A stretch of 38,866 nucleotides of DNA. Origin: Acidobacteriota bacterium. GTDB lineage: Bacteria > Acidobacteriota > Terriglobia > Terriglobales > Acidobacteriaceae. Both the position numbers and the translations under genes were made by a program. The stretch is taken from positions 1-38,866 of the forward strand of contig QHZX01000350.1 in the NCBI GenBank assembly GCA_003224835.1, read 5' to 3'. Positions 1-10,312 of the stretch are shown here, piece after piece; positions within the stretch are counted from its first letter, which is position 1, and every line of letters begins with the position of its first letter. The notes beneath the pieces are model-generated. The model was given only the letters and a program-made list of their open reading frames with translations. It was not told where the DNA came from and did no database searches.

Positions 1-230
1 TATAACCCGAGCGGCTGATGGGTGAGCGAATCCTGAAGCAGGCCAATTGCCGCTCCCGTAATTAGCCCGGCCACCTGGCTGCGGCGGGCCATGGCAAAGA
101 AGATAACAATTAACAGTGGCAGATCGAGAATCGAGAAAAAAGAGAAGCGCAAGGGCAAAAACGCCTGCAAGAATATGGCAAGCAAAGGAAAGATTAACGT
201 CACCGGCAAGCTGAACCGGTAAACTTCCAT
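1..230 (-). CDS. mreD: Rod shape-determining protein MreD (3' end cut by window edge)
   Basis: Minus-strand ORF running off the left edge, so absent from the ORF track. ATG is the complement of 228-230. Translation MEVYRFSLPVTLIFPLLAIFLQAFLPLRFSFFSILDLPLLIVIFFAMARRSQVAGLITGAAIGLLQDSLTHQPLG is a small polytopic hydrophobic protein. It lies immediately downstream of mreB-mreC, the canonical mreBCD order. Confidence 0.75.
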   Translation of the reverse strand, partial: MEVYRFSLPVTLIFPLLAIFLQAFLPLRFSFFSILDLPLLIVIFFAMARRSQVAGLITGAAIGLLQDSLTHQPLGL

Positions 231-263
231 CTGCTCTCGGGCTGTATAAGTCTGAATCACGGT

Positions 264-1502
264 CTATTGAGGGGCATCCCCCGGAGAATTTGGCTGAGGC
301 TGCGTTGAAGTTGTATCCGAGACCGGTTTTGAGGTCGCTGCCGGCGGCAATTTCGGTTTCGACGCAAACGACGGACTAGAAGAGATCACCGGTATTTTTG
401 ATCCCGGCGTTCCTGTCGCGGAATTCAATCTGCCAGCTATTGGCGTGGTTGCGGCCAATGCTGATGCCGCTGCCGGTTTCGTGGGCGACAATGCCACATT
501 TGATGCTGCACCACCCGCCGCAACGGGACGAACGCCGGCCGCATGGGGAGGAACCGCGCCCGGTGCAGCCGAACGCACGCCAGGCAAATTTGGAGATACA
601 GGTTTGTCCGGAACAGACGGCAGGCGCTCGGCAAGGATATCCGATGCCCGTCCGGATGCCGCAGTGGAGACCGGCTCGCGTTCCTCTTTTGTCACAATTA
701 CCAGCACTTCTTCCAGACGGTTGAGCGCAGCGCTTGGCTTGACAGAAATTTGCAGGAACTCCGGCCCTCGACTGATTCTGTCAACCGTCCCGATGATCAG
801 GCCTTTAGGAAATATCTGGTCGCCGCCGCTGGTCAGCACTCTGTCGCCGGGTTTGACCTCTTCATCTGCCATGATCTTGTCGATCACTAACTCGCCGGAA
901 CTTTTACCCTTTAACACTCCCTGCAAACGCGATTGTTCGAGAATGGTGCCCACGCCGCTCTGCTGATCGTTGATCAACAGCACCCACGAGGTGCTCCTGA
1001 ATACGTTGATGACTTTGCCAATCACGCCGGTAGCAGAAATGACAGCCATGCCCAACTGGACGCCGTCGTGGGTTCCTTTATCGATATAAACCATGCGCGA
1101 TTGCTCGCTCCCACTAGAGCCAATCACCTGCGCGGGGAGAGTTTTGGCAATGAACTGCTCCTTGAATCCGAGGAGCTTTTGCAATCTGTGGGCCTGGTCG
1201 GCATCTTGTTTTAATCGGACTTGTTCGAGTTGCAGTTGTTCTATTTCGTCCCGAAGTTCGCGATTTTCCTGCCGCACTCCACGCAAATAAAAATAATTGT
1301 GCCAGAGATCAGCGGCTCCGCTCTGAAGCCGGATCAATCCTTTTTCCAGCGGCGTAATGGTCGAAACTGCCCACACCCGTATCAGGCGCGTGGGTTTGTT
1401 CTCAGTCGGGGTCTTCACCTGTACCGCGAGTCCCAAAATTTGAAGGAAGATGGCCGCGGCTAGGAAACTCACATTACGATAGCGGCCCATAAGATTGTCC
1501 AT
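264..1502 (-). CDS. mreC: Rod shape-determining protein MreC with long P/A/S-rich C-terminal tail
   Basis: 412 aa. N-terminal anchor VSFLAAAIFLQILGLAV, coiled coil LRDEIEQLQLEQVRLKQD, then beta-rich MreC core (GMAVISATGVIGKV, GDRVLTSGGDQIFPKGLIIGTV). Lies between mreB and mreD. Confidence 0.85.
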   Translation of the reverse strand: MDNLMGRYRNVSFLAAAIFLQILGLAVQVKTPTENKPTRLIRVWAVSTITPLEKGLIRLQSGAADLWHNYFYLRGVRQENRELRDEIEQLQLEQVRLKQDADQAHRLQKLLGFKEQFIAKTLPAQVIGSSGSEQSRMVYIDKGTHDGVQLGMAVISATGVIGKVINVFRSTSWVLLINDQQSGVGTILEQSRLQGVLKGKSSGELVIDKIMADEEVKPGDRVLTSGGDQIFPKGLIIGTVDRISRGPEFLQISVKPSAALNRLEEVLVIVTKEEREPVSTAASGRASDILAERLPSVPDKPVSPNLPGVRSAAPGAVPPHAAGVRPVAAGGAASNVALSPTKPAAASALAATTPIAGRLNSATGTPGSKIPVISSSPSFASKPKLPPAATSKPVSDTTSTQPQPNSPGDAPQ

Positions 1503-1591
1503 AAATCAGCTATTAGCCTTGAGCTACTAGCTTTTAGCAAAACGCAAACGTTTTGGGTGCGAGAAGCCAGAGGCCAGTAGCCAGACGTTCC

Positions 1592-2656
1592 CTACTCGAT
1601 CGATATTTTCCTGAGCAGTTTGAAGTCGCTCAGCATCTTGCCCGTGCCGAGCACCACGCTGCACAAGGGGTCATCTGCAATCGACACCGGCAAACCGGTT
1701 TCTTCGCGGATGCGCTTGTCTAAATTCTTTAGCAGGGCGCCGCCTCCGGTCAAAACAATGCCGCGGTCGCTGATGTCTGCGGAAAGCTCTGGCGGAGTGC
1801 GCTCCAAAGCAACCCGCACTGCGTTCATGATTGTCGAAACGCATTCGCTCAATGCCTCGCGAATCTCGCTGTCATCTACCGTTATGGTTTTGGGCACGCC
1901 TTCAATTAGGTTGCGGCCTTTTATTTCCATGGTTAGAGGCTTATCCATCGGATACGCCGAACCAATTTCCATTTTGATCTGTTCCGCAGTACGCTCACCA
2001 ACCAGCAGGTTATATTTGCGCTTCAGGTAGTTCATGATGGCTTCATCCATCTGGTTACCTGCCATCCGAACTGATCGCGAATAAACGATGCCGCTCAGCG
2101 AGATCACTGCAATGTCGGTGGTCCCTCCGCCAATATCGACAACCATGTTCCCGGAAGGTTCAGTAATCGGGAGGCCCGCGCCAATTGCCGCCACCATTGC
2201 CTGTTCCACGAGATAAACTTCGCTGGCCTTGGCGCGATACGCCGAGTCCATGACCGCGCGCTTTTCCACCTGCGTGATCTCCGAAGGCACGCCGATCACA
2301 ATTCGAGGGTGCACCAGCATCTTGCGGTTATGTGCCTTCTGGATGAAGTAGTTGAGCATCTTCTCGGTGACTTTGAAGTCGGCAATCACGCCGTCTTTCA
2401 TCGGCTTGATAGCGACGATGTTTCCCGGGGTCCTGCCAAGCATTTCTTTGGCTTCTTTGCCGACCGCTTCCACTTCGCCGGTATTTTTGTTTAACGCTAC
2501 GATGGAAGGCTCATTGACGACAATGCCTTTGCCGCGTGCATAGACCAGCGTGTTGGCGGTGCCCAGATCAATCGCCAAATCGCTCGAAAAAATGCTGAAC
2601 AGCGACCTTACGTTGTGCCCACCCGATGAACCGTTGCGAAATCCGTTGGATGACAT
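1592..2656 (-). CDS. mreB: Actin-like rod shape-determining protein MreB
   Basis: Actin/Hsp70-fold motifs [27 protein letters not shown] and [11 protein letters not shown]. The ORF opens at 2695, but the ATG at 2656 (MSSNGF...) has an AAGGGA Shine-Dalgarno-like box about 7 nt upstream and is preferred. Confidence 0.95.
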   Translation of the reverse strand: MSSNGFRNGSSGGHNVRSLFSIFSSDLAIDLGTANTLVYARGKGIVVNEPSIVALNKNTGEVEAVGKEAKEMLGRTPGNIVAIKPMKDGVIADFKVTEKMLNYFIQKAHNRKMLVHPRIVIGVPSEITQVEKRAVMDSAYRAKASEVYLVEQAMVAAIGAGLPITEPSGNMVVDIGGGTTDIAVISLSGIVYSRSVRMAGNQMDEAIMNYLKRKYNLLVGERTAEQIKMEIGSAYPMDKPLTMEIKGRNLIEGVPKTITVDDSEIREALSECVSTIMNAVRVALERTPPELSADISDRGIVLTGGGALLKNLDKRIREETGLPVSIADDPLCSVVLGTGKMLSDFKLLRKISIE

Positions 2657-2831
2657 GCTGTGTCCCTTTGATTGATCTAAAGCACTTCGGCACAATTCTG
2701 CCGAAGGCCGGGCCCGGCCCGAAAAATTTCAATTGTTCTGGGTCTTTGATCCTTATTGTAAGGATTTTTACGGCCCAGTGCTGAAAATAAACTCACTACT
2801 TGCGCTAGCCATTCCAACGAAAGTAACCCCT

Positions 2832-4106
2832 TCATTGAATAACCACCTTTTGCTGCTGTGTGTTTACCCCACCTCTCGAGTCCTGGGCGGTAACCGTGAT
2901 CAAGGTTTCGCCGTTAGGAAGTGGAGGCGTGAAATAGTGGAAACTGCCATCTGCGCCTATCACGGGAACTTCATGTCCGTTCACCATCACGCGAGCACCG
3001 ATCTCAGTTTTGCCCATCAACTCGATTACGTGTCCGTGCTGGATGAACGGATCGAGGCCCAGTGTAATTTTTCCCGAATCGGCGCCTTTAGCGATGACAG
3101 TGAATCGGTTCTTCTCGCTTTCTGGCGACTCTTTCTCTTGCGCGTCGAGCGAGCGCACCATCCAGTAATACGGTCCTTCGTTTAGTCCCGATACCATCAC
3201 ATCCGCCGAACTCACTTTACGATCCAAGATTAGCGACGAAAAGTACGGGTTCCGCGAAACTTGCAGTCGATAAGCTTTCGCGTTCGCCATTGGCGTCCAC
3301 GAGAACTCGATCGGCTTCGGGTCGTGAGAGATAAAAATCGGCATCATGTTGGCCGGGGAGATCGGAGTCGGTGGCCCTATCTCCTTGATTTTCTCCAGAC
3401 CGCCGGACTTGGGCTTAAAGCTAGCCTTTTCCCAACCTGCCAGTTGCAGAGTTTGACCATTGCGCTCAACAACGCCGCTGCCCTTTGTGATTAACAGTTC
3501 GTCGTGCTGCGCCTTCGCGTCCTTGCTCACGCGGGCCGCGCTTTCTGGGCCCAAAGAAGCAGTCGCTCCGTCCAAAATGACCTGTGACCTCGAACCTTGC
3601 GCATACGTCCCGGTCGCCAAGTCTACGGTTCCTGTGTTAACGCTTACCGCCACGTTTGTCTGCTGATGGGCGTTCGCGGAATTTTCTTCAATAACGATCA
3701 GCGAATCCTGCTTGACCGTGTAGTTGGTTCCGTCGTTGAAGACAATCTTTGCCATGCCTTCAGACCCGGTCTGGATCACGTCGCCCTTTTCAAGCGGAAG
3801 GCTGTAATCGGCCCGCACCCATTCATTGCTGTTTGCCTTTTTTATCCGAACTGTCCCATCAAGGGCAGTGATGTGAGCCTGCTGCGATACCACGCCGCCC
3901 GCCGTGCTGGGCTGCGCCGCCACGCGCTCCAATAAATTTGTAAACAGGTTTCTAACTTGTTTTTCGGCACGTCCGCTGAACTCCGGAAACGTAAATCGGG
4001 TGGCCACTAACATTGCTGTCAAAATAGCCATGACAAAAAGGACAACGCTGCGATAAGTGACAGTCTTCCAGGCGATTTGTATTCCTGGTTTTTGATTCGA
4101 GCGCAC
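2832..4106 (-). CDS. Membrane-anchored FecR-domain protein with Ig/FN3-like C-terminal domains
   Basis: One N-terminal TM helix (VVLFVMAILTAMLVA). FecR-like segment LDGTVRIKKANSNEWVRADYSLPLEKGDVIQTGSEGMAKIVFNDGTNYTVKQDSLIVI. Beta-rich repeats follow (FSWTPMANAKAYRLQVSRNPYF...). Function unknown. Confidence 0.6.
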   Translation of the reverse strand: MRSNQKPGIQIAWKTVTYRSVVLFVMAILTAMLVATRFTFPEFSGRAEKQVRNLFTNLLERVAAQPSTAGGVVSQQAHITALDGTVRIKKANSNEWVRADYSLPLEKGDVIQTGSEGMAKIVFNDGTNYTVKQDSLIVIEENSANAHQQTNVAVSVNTGTVDLATGTYAQGSRSQVILDGATASLGPESAARVSKDAKAQHDELLITKGSGVVERNGQTLQLAGWEKASFKPKSGGLEKIKEIGPPTPISPANMMPIFISHDPKPIEFSWTPMANAKAYRLQVSRNPYFSSLILDRKVSSADVMVSGLNEGPYYWMVRSLDAQEKESPESEKNRFTVIAKGADSGKITLGLDPFIQHGHVIELMGKTEIGARVMVNGHEVPVIGADGSFHYFTPPLPNGETLITVTAQDSRGGVNTQQQKVVIQ

Positions 4107-4350
4107 GAATATCCTCTACTGAACAGGACGGTCCCTTTGGATTTACGCCAAGATTATTACAGGCTGGAGAGACCCGGTAACAGTAAACCGCCGGTTTGAG
4201 GTTACTGAGGTCACGGGTTCGGAATACTGCGATGAATGAGGACCCGCGGTTTCGGGAGGGCTCCATCAAAATTTAACGTAGAAATCCGGCTTTCCCAAAC
4301 TTGCCCGCCCTCTGGCCGGGCGGTAGCATGAAAGGTTACCGGAGGACTTA

Positions 4351-5889
4351 ATGGCAACGGATACCCTGACCAAATCGGTCATCGAGGGCGATGCTTCTCG
4401 CCCCAATATCTATAGAAACTTCATTGACGGCGAGTGGGTGGAATCTGACTCCGGCGAGACTTTTGAGGACCGCAATCCTGCCGATAGCCGAGACGTGGTT
4501 GGAATTTTTCAGAAATCGAACAAGGCCGATGTGGACGCCGCCGTCGATGCTGCGAAACAAGCATTTTTGAAATGGCGCCTGGTTCCAGCCCCGCGCCGTG
4601 CCGAAATCATCTACCTCGCTGCTGAGATCCTCTTTGAGCGAAAGGAGGAGAACGCACGTGACATGACCCGCGAAATGGGCAAGATATTGAAGGAGACTCG
4701 CGGTGATGTCCAGGAGGCGGTCGATACCGCTTATTACATGGCGGGCGAGGGACGCAGGATGTTCGGCCCAACCACTCCATCCGAACTGCCGAATAAATTT
4801 GCCATGGCGGTACGGCAGCCAGTAGGTGTCTGCGGCATGATTACGCCGTGGAATTTTCCCATGGCGATGCCTTCCTGGAAGCTGTTGCCAGCGCTCGTTT
4901 GCGGGAACACTTGCGTGATCAAACCCGCACAGGATACGCCACTTTCGACGTTCAACCTTGTCCGGGCGCTTACCGATGCCGGCTTACCAAAAGGTGTGGT
5001 GAACATTGTGACCGGATTCGGTCCGGAAGCTGGCGCGCCCATGCTCGAACATCCGGACGTGCGGGCGATTTCGTTCACCGGGTCGAGCGCCGTCGGCAAG
5101 ACGATTGGGGTCACGGCTGCGAAGACTTTCAAACATTGTTCACTGGAGCTCGGCGGAAAGAATCCGATGATCGTGCTGGATGATGCGAATTTGGATTTGG
5201 CCGTTGAAGGCGCCCTCTGGGGGTCATTCGGCACTACCGGCCAACGCTGCACCGCAACCAGCAGAATCATCGTCCAGGAAGGTGTCTATCATGACTTCGT
5301 TAGCCGTCTCGTCGGGCGAGCTCGAAAGTTGCGCGTCGGCAACGGCCTGGACGAAACGACGGATATGGGGCCCGCCGTCAACGAGCGTCAGCTGCAAACC
5401 GATCTGCAGTACGTCGATGTTGGCAAGACCGAAGGCGCCAGGCTTGAATGTGGCGGCAACCGCCTCGGCGATGGCAACTATAAATATGGATTCTTCATGG
5501 AGCCGACGGTGTTCAGCGATGTGGATCCAAAGATGCGGATCGCGCAGGAAGAAATTTTTGGCCCGATAGTGTCGATCATTCGCTGCGAGAACTTCGAGGA
5601 TGCGGTGGAGATTGCCAACAACATCGAATACGGCCTTTCATCTTCGATCTACACGCGGGATGTGAACAAGGCATTTACTGCAATGCGCGATTTATATGCC
5701 GGCATTACTTACATCAATGCACCGACGATTGGGGCCGAAGTACATCTCCCATTCGGCGGCGTTAAGGCAACGGGCAATGGCCACCGCGAAGGGGGAATTG
5801 GCGCAATCGATTTCTATACCGAATGGAAGTCGGTGTACGTGGATTACTCCGACCGCTTGCAGAGAGCGCAGATTGACCGGCCGGAGTAG
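4351..5889 (+). CDS. NAD(P)-dependent aldehyde dehydrogenase family protein
   Basis: ALDH motifs [23 protein letters not shown] (catalytic Glu), GQRCTATSR (catalytic Cys) and EEIFGPI. GGAGGA RBS a few nt upstream of the ATG. Substrate not assignable. Confidence 0.9.
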   Translation: MATDTLTKSVIEGDASRPNIYRNFIDGEWVESDSGETFEDRNPADSRDVVGIFQKSNKADVDAAVDAAKQAFLKWRLVPAPRRAEIIYLAAEILFERKEENARDMTREMGKILKETRGDVQEAVDTAYYMAGEGRRMFGPTTPSELPNKFAMAVRQPVGVCGMITPWNFPMAMPSWKLLPALVCGNTCVIKPAQDTPLSTFNLVRALTDAGLPKGVVNIVTGFGPEAGAPMLEHPDVRAISFTGSSAVGKTIGVTAAKTFKHCSLELGGKNPMIVLDDANLDLAVEGALWGSFGTTGQRCTATSRIIVQEGVYHDFVSRLVGRARKLRVGNGLDETTDMGPAVNERQLQTDLQYVDVGKTEGARLECGGNRLGDGNYKYGFFMEPTVFSDVDPKMRIAQEEIFGPIVSIIRCENFEDAVEIANNIEYGLSSSIYTRDVNKAFTAMRDLYAGITYINAPTIGAEVHLPFGGVKATGNGHREGGIGAIDFYTEWKSVYVDYSDRLQRAQIDRPE

Positions 5890-5976
5890 AAGGATTTCAG
5901 AAGTAAGATTTTTGATTTTCGATTGGCTGATGCAGATGTCTGCGGGGCAGTGTCCAAGAGTCAGTTAATCTGCAAT

Positions 5977-6018
5977 CCGAAATCTTCGATCTGAAATCTT
6001 CGATCTGAAATCTTCGAC
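5977..6018. repeat. Three tandem copies of a 14-bp unit (C[C/T]GAAATCTTCGA[T/C])
   Basis: Read directly: 5977-5990 ccgaaatcttcgat, 5991-6004 ctgaaatcttcgat, 6005-6018 ctgaaatcttcgac. A partial copy precedes at about 5967-5976. An inverted copy of the core (gatttcag) sits at 5893-5900. All lie in the spacer between the ALDH stop and the aminotransferase start. Confidence 0.9.
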
Positions 6019-6049
6019 TGAAAAATAGCTCTGCCAGTACAATCTTTTT

Positions 6050-7255
6050 ATGCCTCTGACCCAAACCCGCGAAATCACACCAGCTCAACGCCTCGACAAT
6101 TTGCGTTATGCCATCCGCGACCTCGTCAGCACCGCCGACGAAGTTAAGCGACAGGGCCATAAAGTTTTGTATCTGAATGTTGGCGACCCGAACATTTTTG
6201 ATTTTGCCACCCCACCGCACATGATTGAGGCTGCGCATCGTGCCATGCGCGACAACAAGAATGGTTACGCGCCTTCGGCGGGTGTTCCCGAAGCGCTGGA
6301 AGCAATTCGCGGCGAGGCCAGAAAAAACGGGATCACCACTGTGCAAGATGTCTTCATCAGCAACGGGGCTGGCGAAGCGGTTGATCTCTGTCTTACCGCC
6401 CTGCTCAATCCTGGTGATAACGTGCTCACCCCACGCCCGGATTATCCGTTGTATCCGGCGGTGTTGTGCAAAGTTGGCGCCGAGCCGAATCCCTATTATC
6501 TGAACGAAGAAGATGGCTGGCAGCCCGAACTGGACGACATTAAGAAGCGCATCAATTCACGGACGAAAGCCATTGTTCTGATCAATCCGAACAATCCCAC
6601 GGGTGCGCTCTGCACGCGGAAGATGCTCGAGGATTTGGCCGAGCTGGCACGGCAGCACAATCTTCTGATCATCGCCGACGAAATTTATGACAAGCTGATT
6701 CTCGACAGCGGTGAGCACATATCGATCGCAGGCGTTGCTCCCGACGTTCCCGTTGTCACCATAGGCGGGTTATCCAAAAATTATCTCGCTCCCGGATGGC
6801 GCATGGGCTGGGGCGTCGTGAGCGGCGAAGCTTCAGCTGTGAAGCCTTATATTGAAGGCATTCACAAGATGCTGCGGGCACGGCTTTCGGCAAATCATCC
6901 CGAGCAATACGCAATCAAAGTTGCGCTTCAAGGACCGCAGCACCACTTGATCGAAGTGCGCCGGAAACTAACTGCGCGTCGCGATCTCACGGTTGAAGCT
7001 TGCAACTCGATTCCCCACATGAGCTGCGTTCCGCCGCGCGGCGCCTTCTATGCGTTTCCCCGAATCGATGTTCCTGAAGAGGACGCAACGTGGGTGAAGG
7101 AGTTGCTGCTGGAAAAGCACATTTTGACAGTACAGGGATCGGGCTTCGGACAAAAGCCCGGCTCCAAGCACTTCCGCATCGTTTTTTTGCCGCAGGAAGA
7201 AACGCTCAAGCAAGCCTACTCACAGATACGCGATTTCATGAGCAAGCGCAGTTAG
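6050..7255 (+). CDS. PLP-dependent class I/II aminotransferase (alanine/aspartate aminotransferase-like)
   Basis: Motifs NPNNPTGA, IADEIYDKL and GGLSKNYLAPGWRMGW (PLP lysine in SK). Length of 401 aa is typical. Confidence 0.85.
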   Translation: MPLTQTREITPAQRLDNLRYAIRDLVSTADEVKRQGHKVLYLNVGDPNIFDFATPPHMIEAAHRAMRDNKNGYAPSAGVPEALEAIRGEARKNGITTVQDVFISNGAGEAVDLCLTALLNPGDNVLTPRPDYPLYPAVLCKVGAEPNPYYLNEEDGWQPELDDIKKRINSRTKAIVLINPNNPTGALCTRKMLEDLAELARQHNLLIIADEIYDKLILDSGEHISIAGVAPDVPVVTIGGLSKNYLAPGWRMGWGVVSGEASAVKPYIEGIHKMLRARLSANHPEQYAIKVALQGPQHHLIEVRRKLTARRDLTVEACNSIPHMSCVPPRGAFYAFPRIDVPEEDATWVKELLLEKHILTVQGSGFGQKPGSKHFRIVFLPQEETLKQAYSQIRDFMSKRS

Positions 7256-7341
7256 ATTTGAAAGGGCGGCGTTTGGTCCCCGTTTCGTCCTCATCCCGAC
7301 GTTTTTGGAGCTTCACGCAGAATCTGCTCTAATCGAGTGCA

Positions 7342-8067
7342 GTGATCGACATTCACTGCCATGTTCTGCCTGAAGTAGATGACGGACCAAAGTCCTGGGA
7401 AATTGCGGAATCCATGTGCAGGATGGCAGCGGAAGACGGCATCGAGCACATCGTTGCCACGCCGCACTCGAATGACCGCTACTTTTACGACCGCCAGTAT
7501 CTTTTGACTCTGCTCGAGAGCTTGCGGCAGCGGGTTGGTCCTCGCCCAGCGCTGAGCCTGGGCTGCGACTTCCACCTTTCTTCTGACAATATGCAGGCCG
7601 CATTGCGCACGCCGGAAAAATACTGCATTGGCACAAGCCAGTACGTGCTGGTCGAGTTCAGCAATCTCAGCATCTCCCCGCAAATAGACGATTGGTTTAC
7701 CCAAATGCATGAGCGCGGCATTACGCCGATCATTACTCATCCCGAGCGGAATCCGATTTTGCAGGAGAATCCGCAGCGTGTTCTAGAGTGGAGGGAACTG
7801 GGCTGCGCAGTGCAGGTCACCGGGTCCGTATTCAGCGGATTCTGGGGTCCGCGGCCCCGGCAGATTGCTGAGTGGCTTCTAAAAAACGAGGCAGTGCATT
7901 TTCTTTCGACCGACGCGCATGACACAAAACGGCGTGTCCCTATACTCTCCAGCGCCAGAAAAGTAATCGCGAAAGACTTCGGCGAGGAACTTGCGCAATC
8001 ACTGGTCGAAAGCAATCCCGCCGCGGTGGTGAAGAATGAGCCGTTGCCTTACTTTCCGCAGAAATGA
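7342..8067 (+). CDS. PHP-family protein-tyrosine phosphatase (CpsB/YwqE-like)
   Basis: GTG start. N-terminal MIDIHCHVLPEVDDGP, then ATPHSN, ITHPERN and LSTDAHD. These are the metal-binding His/Asp motifs of CpsB/YwqE-type manganese phosphatases. Confidence 0.8.
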   Translation: MIDIHCHVLPEVDDGPKSWEIAESMCRMAAEDGIEHIVATPHSNDRYFYDRQYLLTLLESLRQRVGPRPALSLGCDFHLSSDNMQAALRTPEKYCIGTSQYVLVEFSNLSISPQIDDWFTQMHERGITPIITHPERNPILQENPQRVLEWRELGCAVQVTGSVFSGFWGPRPRQIAEWLLKNEAVHFLSTDAHDTKRRVPILSSARKVIAKDFGEELAQSLVESNPAAVVKNEPLPYFPQK

Positions 8068-8070
8068 GGA

Positions 8071-8631
8071 TTATCGCGCGGGGACGGCGCTCATGCTCGA
8101 AGGAGCTGAAACTTGCGCCGAACTGGCGGGCATCGATGCGCCGCCATTGGATGTTGCCGTGGAGGCTTTGACAGTGGATCTCGAAGCCACATGCGAAGTC
8201 ACCGGCGAGCTACTCATCGTCATAGCGCTTTCCGGGTTCAGCAAATGTTCGTGGTCGGGACCGAGCCCCAGGCGAATTAAAGCCCGCGAATCCGGGACCG
8301 TCTTGCTCTGCCAACCCTGGTCCGCCTGGTAACGGCGTAGAGCCTGTTGGGTCGAAGCATCCCACTTGCCCGAAGGCTCGCCTTTCAGGTAGTGCTCACG
8401 GGCCAGCGCTTCTTGAATTTGGCGAATTCGGTCTCCATCAATCGCTTTTTGTCCGCGAGCACGCGTTTTGCGTGTTCTCTTGCCGGCGTGATGAACGGAA
8501 TGGTACGAGGACTTTTTGGCCTTGGCTCCGGAATTCGCGGATTGCTCCTTCTGTGTGGAGGCACTGCCAAACGCCAATGACATCAGCAGCAAAGGTAAGG
8601 CCACAATCCGAATTTTGTTCAAATTCACCAT
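8071..8631 (-). CDS. Secreted peptidoglycan-binding-domain protein
   Basis: Signal peptide MVNLNKIRIVALPLLLMSLAFGSAS. PG_binding_1-like helix pair IRQIQEALAREHYLKGEPSGKWDASTQQALRRYQADQGW. Ser/Thr/Ala-rich tail. Confidence 0.65.
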   Translation of the reverse strand: MVNLNKIRIVALPLLLMSLAFGSASTQKEQSANSGAKAKKSSYHSVHHAGKRTRKTRARGQKAIDGDRIRQIQEALAREHYLKGEPSGKWDASTQQALRRYQADQGWQSKTVPDSRALIRLGLGPDHEHLLNPESAMTMSSSPVTSHVASRSTVKASTATSNGGASMPASSAQVSAPSSMSAVPAR

Positions 8632-8719
8632 GCTGATTCCTCAGCCAGCAGTTCCGGCGTCCCCATCATGATCTCGCGGAGCTACGACCTCGCGCCAGTT
8701 CCGATGGTGCAAGTAATAG

Positions 8720-10312
8720 TTACGGAAGTGTCCCGGCCAAAAAGATGGTGCCTTCGTTGCGACCTGCGCCACGTTGGCGGACCAAACATACGACATCTTG
8801 CCCGCTTTTTAAGTTGGATTGAACGCGGTCAAAATCGTCGACGCTATTCACCTTTTGCTTATTGATCTCCAGGACCACGTCTCCCCGGGTGAGTCCAATG
8901 TCATCGGCGAAGGAACCCGGTTTGACCTCTTGAACTACGACGCCCTGCCCTGAAGGCACATTCAGGCGATCCGCCATTTCCGGTGTAAGATCGCGTACGG
9001 TGACTCCCATCTTGCTCTGCTTGGGAGTGGATGGTTCGCCCCCTTCTTGTTCCTCGCCCAATCGGCTGGCGAACAATTTGGCGCGATCGGCGACGGTCAC
9101 CGCGGCCTCATCCTTTTTGCCATTGCGGTAGTAGCCGAGCATTACCTTGGAACCCGGTTTACGTCCGGCGATGTCGGAAACCAGCTCGTCGCCATTTTTG
9201 ATCGGTTTCCCGTCGACTGAAAATATAGTGTCACCCACCTTTAGCCCCGCACGCTCTGCCGGACTGCCGGGCACCACGCTGGAAATCGTAATTCCGCCCT
9301 GACCACCGTAAACCCGCGCTATGGCTGGATTTTCCTGCGCATTGAACTCAATACCAATCGATCCGCGCGAGACCCGGTGCTCGGGCCCGGTCAATTGGTT
9401 GTAAACCTGGGCAATGGTATTGGAGGGCAGCGCGAACCCCACTCCGGCGTATGCATTCGTGTCGGTCAGAATGGCGGTGTTAATGCCGATCACTTCACCA
9501 TCGAGATTCACCAGCGGTCCACCTGAATTTCCTGGATTGATGGCTGCATCGGTCTGAATGAATGACTGGAACTGACGGCCAGGGACGATGTTTCTACCCT
9601 TGGCAGAGACGATTCCCGCGGTAACCGTCGCTTGCAAACCAAATGGGCTACCAACGGCGAGCACCCAGTCGCCGACCTGCATACTATCCGAATTGCCTAA
9701 TTTCGCAGTAGGCAGCGCATGGTCTACGTCAACCTTGATCACTGCCAGGTCGGTTTCCTGGTCGCTGCCAATTACTTTCGCGTCGTGTTGAACTCCCGGG
9801 GCATCGTCTTGCAGATGGACGCGTATGCGGTCAGCTTTTTCGACTACATGACGATTGGTAATGATGAAACCTTTTGAATCCACCACCACCCCTGAACCGA
9901 GCGATCGCTCGCGGATCGGTCCCTGATCGCCACCTTGCCCACCAAAGAACTTGTCAAAGAAATCACCAAACGGGCTTTCTTCGTCACCGCCATCCTGATC
10001 ATTACCGCCGCGCCGGCGCGTTGGCTTTACCGTCGATTCGGTATTAATGTTGACAACTGCAGGCTCGAGCGTCTTCGCAATCTGTGAAAACTGGTTCGAG
10101 AGCTGGCGGGGCGACGGTATGGTCAGTTGGGTCGCGTCTGCCGACTTTTTATCTTTCTCTTGGCCCTTAACGCCATAGGAAATGATGGTGCCAATCAGAA
10201 TTCCCACAGTCAGAGTAAGTAAGATGACCGCTGCGAAGCTCAAACGGTTGGCTTTATAACGCTCCCAAAAATTGGCGCGCGCTTGCATGTCGAATAGCCT
10301 CCACATTTCCAA
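8720..10312 (-). CDS. HtrA/DegP-family periplasmic serine protease with two PDZ domains
   Basis: Catalytic triad contexts TNRHVV, DLAVIKV and GNSGGPLVN. PDZ segments SVVPGSPAERAGLKVGDTIFSVDG and VKPGSFADDIGLTRGDVVLEINK. N-terminal membrane anchor. Exact start (M1, M3 or M9) is uncertain. Confidence 0.92.
   Translation of the reverse strand: MEMWRLFDMQARANFWERYKANRLSFAAVILLTLTVGILIGTIISYGVKGQEKDKKSADATQLTIPSPRQLSNQFSQIAKTLEPAVVNINTESTVKPTRRRGGNDQDGGDEESPFGDFFDKFFGGQGGDQGPIRERSLGSGVVVDSKGFIITNRHVVEKADRIRVHLQDDAPGVQHDAKVIGSDQETDLAVIKVDVDHALPTAKLGNSDSMQVGDWVLAVGSPFGLQATVTAGIVSAKGRNIVPGRQFQSFIQTDAAINPGNSGGPLVNLDGEVIGINTAILTDTNAYAGVGFALPSNTIAQVYNQLTGPEHRVSRGSIGIEFNAQENPAIARVYGGQGGITISSVVPGSPAERAGLKVGDTIFSVDGKPIKNGDELVSDIAGRKPGSKVMLGYYRNGKKDEAAVTVADRAKLFASRLGEEQEGGEPSTPKQSKMGVTVRDLTPEMADRLNVPSGQGVVVQEVKPGSFADDIGLTRGDVVLEINKQKVNSVDDFDRVQSNLKSGQDVVCLVRQRGAGRNEGTIFLAGTLP

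Noticed and set aside
2706-2719. Perfect GC palindrome GGCCGGGCCCGGCC between the FecR-domain gene stop and the mreB start.
   Set aside because: On the transcribed (minus) strand the T-run precedes the hairpin rather than following it, so it does not fit a terminator. There is no second copy in the window to suggest a REP-type element.
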